Assembly: GCA_964403725.1 (NCBI GenBank)
Contig: CAYOHI010000004.1
Location: forward strand, 1,784-50,967
Reading direction: 5' to 3'
From: an uncultured Candidatus Saccharibacteria bacterium
Lineage (GTDB): Bacteria > Patescibacteriota > Minisyncoccia > Portnoybacterales > UBA2143
DNA: 49,184 bases
The number at the start of each line of letters is the position of its first letter. Within the stretch, counting starts at the first letter, position 1. A program made the position numbers and the translations under genes. Shown piece after piece: positions 43,662 through 49,184 of the stretch. The notes under the pieces were generated by a model. It saw only the letters and a list, made by a program, of their open reading frames with translations, was not told the DNA's origin and did no database searches.

Positions 43662-44030
43662 CTAATCACCATTAGGAATAGTTTTGGTAAGGCGATTTTC
43701 ATGTCTTGCCGCACTGGCCAACACAGATTTCGTTACCCAAGATCCCTTTTTGACTTGTCCTTCAGTTAAGTGCCTTTGAACGATCTCTGACTCCATATTC
43801 ACCGGTTCTTTTAAGTCCCACAAGACTTGGATAAAGATCCTGGTAAAAAAGTCATAAACGTCCGATCGAACACCAACTCCAGGTTTCAGCTGCGGAATAC
43901 CCCTTCTAAAGCCATTAAAAATGGCAATGAAGGAAGCCTGAGGAAGCCTCGGGTTGTACTTACCCGTATTAACACCCCTCATAACCGCTTCTCTGAAATC
44001 AGCCTCATACGTCTCTAGCCCGTTTATCAT
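43662..44030 (-). CDS. Hypothetical protein
   Basis: Own promoter TTGACA-17-TACTGT, AAGGGGG SD, terminator 43609-43641. Confidence 0.65.
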   Translation of the reverse strand: MINGLETYEADFREAVMRGVNTGKYNPRLPQASFIAIFNGFRRGIPQLKPGVGVRSDVYDFFTRIFIQVLWDLKEPVNMESEIVQRHLTEGQVKKGSWVTKSVLASAARHENRLTKTIPNGD

Positions 44031-44158
44031 TCTTGACCCCCTTTAAGTCAAAAAATAAAACGTGAAAAGAAGTATATATGTTAAGACCTCTGGGGACCCC
44101 AGAGATCATTATTAAATTACTATCCAAACAGTACCAGAAAAATACTCATTTGTCAATA

Positions 44159-45151
44159 CTAAAACAGCTTTTGAGCCTCAATCCAAAATTCATCAATATC
44201 ATATTTTTCCCTTAGCCAATACCACCATTCAACACCCCAGAGATAAGCTTCATCAAAGCCAGTCCTTTTAGTGTACTCAATGATATCTCTAAACCTATCC
44301 ATATCCATGGTTTTGGATTGCTCTTCAGGCGTAGTTTCCCAAATCATCAAATGATTCCAAGGCTCAGCTTGCAATTCAATGATCATAGTCCTTTCAATGC
44401 CTGTTAATAACTTAACCAACTGAGCTCGCTTATGATAAAAAACAGCTGGAATCGGATACTCAACATGTCTTTCTAAAGTATCGCTCCAGACAATCCTGTA
44501 AAGCGTTGTTCCAAAAACATCAGCTCTCCTGGCCGGCTGGATCCAGCTACTCAATTCTCCGCTAGCCGTTAATAGAACTGGGCGATCATCTAATTCTTTG
44601 ACTAAATCTATTTCTTTCTGTAAAAATTCCTTGTCTAGTTTAGGACACTCGCCAAATTTCATCAAAAACGGCTCGTTTTCCACCTGCCACATTTCAATAC
44701 CCTCTTTATCCTTGTATCTTTCAACTATTTTTTCAATTAAAACAAGTAATTGATTGTCATAATCTTCCTTGCTCAAATCCCTAGCCCAATCAGGAATATG
44801 GCATTCTGGCCAACGAGGCACTTTCTGTCCCATAGTCAGAATGATTTCAACATCTCTTTTTTCTGCTTCATTAATCTGCCAATCCAGATCATCAAAAGAA
44901 TATCTATCCATTTCCGGCTCAACTTTCTGCCAATAAGCAACAAGGTGTATTTTCTTAACACCCAATTCATCTAAGATTGATAAGTACATCTTCTTCCAAT
45001 CATCTGTCATATATTCGGCAAAGTACTGGGAAAAAGTAACGCCAAAACTTACATTTTCATTTACCGGCGCCTTGCCTGTGAACATATATACTCCAAAAAG
45101 GATTAGGATAACCAATACTATTAAGATTGTTTTCAAGATATATTTAAACAT
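44159..45151 (-). CDS. Membrane-anchored clan GH-A glycoside hydrolase (GH5/GH42-like)
   Basis: WQVENEP acid/base motif and IELQAEPW; N-terminal TM. Confidence 0.75.
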   Translation of the reverse strand: MFKYILKTILIVLVILILFGVYMFTGKAPVNENVSFGVTFSQYFAEYMTDDWKKMYLSILDELGVKKIHLVAYWQKVEPEMDRYSFDDLDWQINEAEKRDVEIILTMGQKVPRWPECHIPDWARDLSKEDYDNQLLVLIEKIVERYKDKEGIEMWQVENEPFLMKFGECPKLDKEFLQKEIDLVKELDDRPVLLTASGELSSWIQPARRADVFGTTLYRIVWSDTLERHVEYPIPAVFYHKRAQLVKLLTGIERTMIIELQAEPWNHLMIWETTPEEQSKTMDMDRFRDIIEYTKRTGFDEAYLWGVEWWYWLREKYDIDEFWIEAQKLF

Positions 45152-45153
45152 AT

Positions 45154-46068
45154 TTAAAAGACTAGAATTCCAAGTCCTGTGACAATGAAAATGATAGCAA
45201 TAGTTTTTTGCATAACTGCACTTTGATTGATTTGTTCTCTAATAATAGAAGGAAATTTTTTAGATAAAAACAAGGCTATGATAAAAAGGAAAATATATTG
45301 GATGCCTTGCAAAGCATTAATCAAGGTAACGCTCCCTAAGAAAATTGCATAATTGAGCATAATGAAGGCCAAGCCAGACAACCCCTTGTTAACAACAGCC
45401 AATCCCCCGGTTTTTAATTTAACCTTATCTGATGTTCTAATAATAGCCCGACGGCTAAATGGAAGAATGAATAATATCAAGGCCCCAATAACCCCTCCTA
45501 AACGAATCCAGATAAAACCGTTAATGAACGGATGATAAGAATAAATATATTTGCTTAAAACATATGATCCGGCAAAGAACAATGCGGCTAAAATGGCCAA
45601 AGGCAGTCTCTTGATTAAGGATGTTTTAACCAATCCTGAAATAAATCTGGCTTGTTTTCGAGGCCAAGCCATAACTATCCCGCCAAAGACAAGCAGACTG
45701 AAAGCAATTATCTGATTAATCAGCAATTTCTCATCTAAGGCAAAATATGCAAAGATAAAAGTAAATAAAGGAATTAATCCGCCAATAATCGGGGTGATTC
45801 TGGAAACCTCACCCAACTGGACTGATTTATAGAAAAAGAAAATCGCTAAAACAAAACAAATGCCAGCTACAAAACTAATCAACATATGATCCCTAGACAA
45901 GATATCAAAGCCGAAAGGAAATAGCAGAATAGCTATGCCGCCAAATATGCCAACATAAAAAGCATAGGCAGCCGGCCGTAGCTGGGTATGTGAAAACAAG
46001 TATTTATCTACTATAAAAACCAAAGAAAAAACAAAGTGAGCAACAATAACAATAATTAACCAATTCAT
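45154..46068 (-). CDS. EamA/DMT-family transporter
   Basis: About 10 TM segments, GEVSRITP. Confidence 0.8.
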   Translation of the reverse strand: MNWLIIVIVAHFVFSLVFIVDKYLFSHTQLRPAAYAFYVGIFGGIAILLFPFGFDILSRDHMLISFVAGICFVLAIFFFYKSVQLGEVSRITPIIGGLIPLFTFIFAYFALDEKLLINQIIAFSLLVFGGIVMAWPRKQARFISGLVKTSLIKRLPLAILAALFFAGSYVLSKYIYSYHPFINGFIWIRLGGVIGALILFILPFSRRAIIRTSDKVKLKTGGLAVVNKGLSGLAFIMLNYAIFLGSVTLINALQGIQYIFLFIIALFLSKKFPSIIREQINQSAVMQKTIAIIFIVTGLGILVF

Positions 46069-47261
46069 AATTTATTCTCCTTACAAATCTTTGCATACTC
46101 AAATGCGCTTTTCCTAATCTTTCTTTTAAATTTCTTGAAATCAACTTCAACCAAGCCAAACCTAGGCCAAAAACCCTTATCCCATTCAAAATTATCAAGT
46201 AATGACCAATGAAAATATCCTCTAACATCAATTCCTTCTTGTATGGCCTTATGAATCCAAATTAAATGATCCTTTATGAATTTCTCTCGCTTTTCATCAT
46301 CTCTATCAGCCAAGCCATTTTCAGTGATATATATCGGCTTACCATACTTCTTTAAATCCTTTAAAATATGATATATCCCTTCTGGATATATTTCCCAGCC
46401 CATATCTGTTACAGACACATTTTTGTTTTTAGGAAATTTACAGTGGAAATAGTAATTAAGGCCTATGAAATCCTGGTAATTCCTAATCTTATTCAAAAAA
46501 CGATTATTGTAAAAATATTTAATAAATGGAATGTTTTCAAAATATACATTATTCTTAGAAATTCCCACCTGACAACCAATGTCAATTAATTTTAAAGAAT
46601 TGTATGCTAACTTATGAGCCTTAGCTAAAACATTCAAAACTCTAAGATATTTAAAAATACTTTTTTCTTGAGGTGGCCACTGACCTTTTAAGTATGATGC
46701 CCCGGAATAAATATTTGGCTCATTGATAGTTATCCAGAAATTAACATAATCAAATAAGTTTTCACTGATAATTTTTACATATCGATCAAAATATTCTACA
46801 GCTTTAGGATTCAACCAACCGCCTTTTTCAGAAAACCATAAAGGCAGAGGCCAATGATACAAGGTAACAAAAGGTTCCAGTCCTCTTTTTCTTAAAGCAG
46901 CTAAAACCTCTCTGTAATGATCAATTGCTTTCTGGTCAAACTTTCCTTCCTTGGGTTCGATTCTAGACCATTCGATAGAAAGGCGATGGGCGCTATGATT
47001 CAATTCTTTAGCAATATCAAAGTCACTTTCAAACCCATGATAATGATCAGCTGCCCGGCCTGAGATATAGTTTCTTGATTGTAACATTTCAGGAAATTTT
47101 TCTTTTTGCCAAGGTTGCCAATATTTTTCAGATTTTTTAGCTAAATCCTCAGCTATACCTTTTTCCCATTCTGACCAATCATTAACAAGCCCACCTTCTA
47201 CCTGATGAGCTGAAGTAGCAGCACCCCATAAAAAACCTTTTGGAAATTTTATTTCTGACAT
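46065..47261 (-). CDS. Glycoside hydrolase family 1
   Basis: FPKGFLWGAATSAHQVEG, TINEP, YITENG and DNFEW motifs. Confidence 0.96.
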   Translation of the reverse strand: MSEIKFPKGFLWGAATSAHQVEGGLVNDWSEWEKGIAEDLAKKSEKYWQPWQKEKFPEMLQSRNYISGRAADHYHGFESDFDIAKELNHSAHRLSIEWSRIEPKEGKFDQKAIDHYREVLAALRKRGLEPFVTLYHWPLPLWFSEKGGWLNPKAVEYFDRYVKIISENLFDYVNFWITINEPNIYSGASYLKGQWPPQEKSIFKYLRVLNVLAKAHKLAYNSLKLIDIGCQVGISKNNVYFENIPFIKYFYNNRFLNKIRNYQDFIGLNYYFHCKFPKNKNVSVTDMGWEIYPEGIYHILKDLKKYGKPIYITENGLADRDDEKREKFIKDHLIWIHKAIQEGIDVRGYFHWSLLDNFEWDKGFWPRFGLVEVDFKKFKRKIRKSAFEYAKICKENKL

Positions 47262-48064
47262 TTTGGACAAAAATGAGCAGATCGCCCTCCCATTTTAATT
47301 CTTTTAACCTTGCCTTTGCACTTAAAACATTTTTCACCTTCACGCTGATAGACTTTTTGCAAAGGGGCAAAAAACCCCTTTTTGCCATTAGCGTCAAAGT
47401 AATCCCTATTAGAGCTGCCTTTTTTCTTAGTAGCCAAAGTTAAAACTCTAATAATCTCTTTGTAAATTGATTCAATTTCCTTTATTCTCAAACTCCCTGC
47501 TCTTCTGGTCGGCCTAACGCCTGCGCCAAACAAAATCTCATCTGAATAAATATTGCCAATCCCAGCTACAAACTTGGGATCCATTAGCAAAATCTTAATC
47601 TTGCCCTTCTTTCTTTTCTTTAGTAATTCTCTAAATAATTCTGGAGTAAATTCTCTGCTCAAAGGTTCAGGTCCAAATCTCTCGCTTTCAAAGTATTCCT
47701 CCAGCTTATCTTTCTCTACCACCTTAACAAAGCCGAACTGACGCATATCATTATGAAGCAAGTAGCTTTTATCAGCGAAATGATAAATTACATGAGTATG
47801 TTTGTTTTCTTCTCCGTTAAAGATCAATTGACCGGTTAATTTTAGATGGATTATTAAACAATATCCATTAGATAATTCAATAACAATTAGTTTAGCTCGT
47901 CGGGTAACTTTTTCAATTTCAGATCCAATAATTAAATCCTTAAACTTCTTTAAAGGATATTTAACAAGCTTTTTAAGATTAACCTTAACTTCCTTGATTT
48001 TCTTTCCTTTAATCTTTAAATGAAGCTGTTTTTTAATTGTTTCTACTTCAGGTAATTCAGGCAT
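47249..48064 (-). CDS. mutM: Formamidopyrimidine-DNA glycosylase
   Basis: MPELPEVE, GIGNIYSDE, C-terminal CxxC..CPKCQ. Confidence 0.97.
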   Translation of the reverse strand: MPELPEVETIKKQLHLKIKGKKIKEVKVNLKKLVKYPLKKFKDLIIGSEIEKVTRRAKLIVIELSNGYCLIIHLKLTGQLIFNGEENKHTHVIYHFADKSYLLHNDMRQFGFVKVVEKDKLEEYFESERFGPEPLSREFTPELFRELLKKRKKGKIKILLMDPKFVAGIGNIYSDEILFGAGVRPTRRAGSLRIKEIESIYKEIIRVLTLATKKKGSSNRDYFDANGKKGFFAPLQKVYQREGEKCFKCKGKVKRIKMGGRSAHFCPKCQK

Positions 48065-48066
48065 AA

Positions 48067-49119
48067 TTACTTAGGCGGTTCGGCATATTGAGTGCTGACC
48101 AAGACATCCTTTAGGCCATCGACATCCTCTAGAACAATACCTGTTCCCCTTACCACAGCTGTTAGAGGATCTTCAACAAGCTTAACAGGCATCTCAGTCT
48201 GTTCAGTGACCAATTGATCCAAACCACGCAACAGACCGCCGCCACCGACTAAATAGATGCCGCGACGCATAATATCAGCCACCAATTCAGGCGGCGTCTC
48301 TTCAATTGTTCCTTTAATTGAATTAACTAAAGATTTTACGCTGCGATGCAAGGCTTTTCTAATTTGAGTATCATCAACTGCTACTTCCTTAGGCAAACCG
48401 GTAACGATATCACGGCCCCTCATAGTCGTCTCTATTTTCTCTTCCAAAGGATAGGCTGAGCCAACCGCTAATTTAATATCCTCCGCAGTTTTCTCACCTA
48501 ACAAGAGATTAAACTCCTCTCTGGCATAATGGATAATATCTTCATTTAGCCTGTCACCAGCAATCCTTAAGCTCCTTGAAACGACAATACCGCCCAGAGA
48601 AATGATAGCCACTTCTGTAGTCCCTCCGCCAATATCAACGATCATATTGCCAGCTGCTTCCTGAACCGGCATGCGGATTCCAATAGCAGCAGCCATGGGC
48701 TCTTCAATCAGATATACTTCTCTGCCACCAGCGCTACGAGTTGCATCCTCTACTGCTCTTTTTTCAACCTCAGTTACTCCAGATGGAATACCGACAACCA
48801 CACGAGGGCGGGGAAGGATAGAAAAGCTTTCTCGATGGACTTTATCAATAAAGAATTTGAGCATTTGCTCAGTCACTTCAAAATCAGAAACAACACCGGC
48901 TACTAAAGGACGGGAAGCAACAATATGGGCTGGCGTCCGGCCAACCATTTTTTTAGCTTCTTGGCCAATAGCCAAAATCTGACCAGTTTTCTGGTTAATA
49001 GCTACGACAGACGGTTCATTGATGACAATACCTCTTCCTTTGACATAGACCAGGGTATTAGCTGTACCCAAATCTATACCAATATCTTTGGAAAAAATAC
49101 CAAACAGCTTATTTAGCAT
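48067..49119 (-). CDS. mreB: Rod shape-determining protein MreB
   Basis: IDLGTANT, EPMAAAIG and DIGGGTTE motifs. Confidence 0.98.
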   Translation of the reverse strand: MLNKLFGIFSKDIGIDLGTANTLVYVKGRGIVINEPSVVAINQKTGQILAIGQEAKKMVGRTPAHIVASRPLVAGVVSDFEVTEQMLKFFIDKVHRESFSILPRPRVVVGIPSGVTEVEKRAVEDATRSAGGREVYLIEEPMAAAIGIRMPVQEAAGNMIVDIGGGTTEVAIISLGGIVVSRSLRIAGDRLNEDIIHYAREEFNLLLGEKTAEDIKLAVGSAYPLEEKIETTMRGRDIVTGLPKEVAVDDTQIRKALHRSVKSLVNSIKGTIEETPPELVADIMRRGIYLVGGGGLLRGLDQLVTEQTEMPVKLVEDPLTAVVRGTGIVLEDVDGLKDVLVSTQYAEPPK

Positions 49120-49184
49120 AAAATTACTTTAATTTAGCAACTATTTCGTTAATTTTTACTAATTTTTCTTCCTTACTATCTCTG

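Overview
AT-rich bacterial chromosomal window. Gene content and style suggest a Patescibacteria/CPR (Parcubacteria-like) genome; this is inference from the fermentative core, many type IV pilins, cupin PGI, group 3b-like hydrogenase and few Shine-Dalgarno (SD) sites. In order it holds: a toxin/RadC/excisionase cluster; ORF-free, promoter-driven structured RNAs (about 2.0-2.7 kb and 9.4-9.9 kb); secG, a solute-binding protein, pgi, a LAGLIDADG gene, tRNA-Leu and RNase J; rplY; a long minus-strand glycolysis/pentose-phosphate operon interleaved with four pilin genes; a four-subunit NiFe hydrogenase with only HypC, a HypC-like DUF6390-type protein and a DMT transporter nearby; an RNase HII-Ogt fusion; a MerR-HATPase/STAS module; a repeat-flanked small-protein cassette opposite a TrmB regulator; then tgt, glycoside hydrolases, mutM and mreB. 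Best candidates for undescribed biology: (1) unannotated RNAs displaying anti-SD sequences, in a genome where many core genes look leaderless; (2) a minimal hydrogenase-maturation module; (3) pilin genes with homogenised 5' DNA inserted in a metabolic operon; (4) a 40-bp-repeat-flanked pair of WxDA proteins. All family calls come from motif recognition by eye, not database searches.
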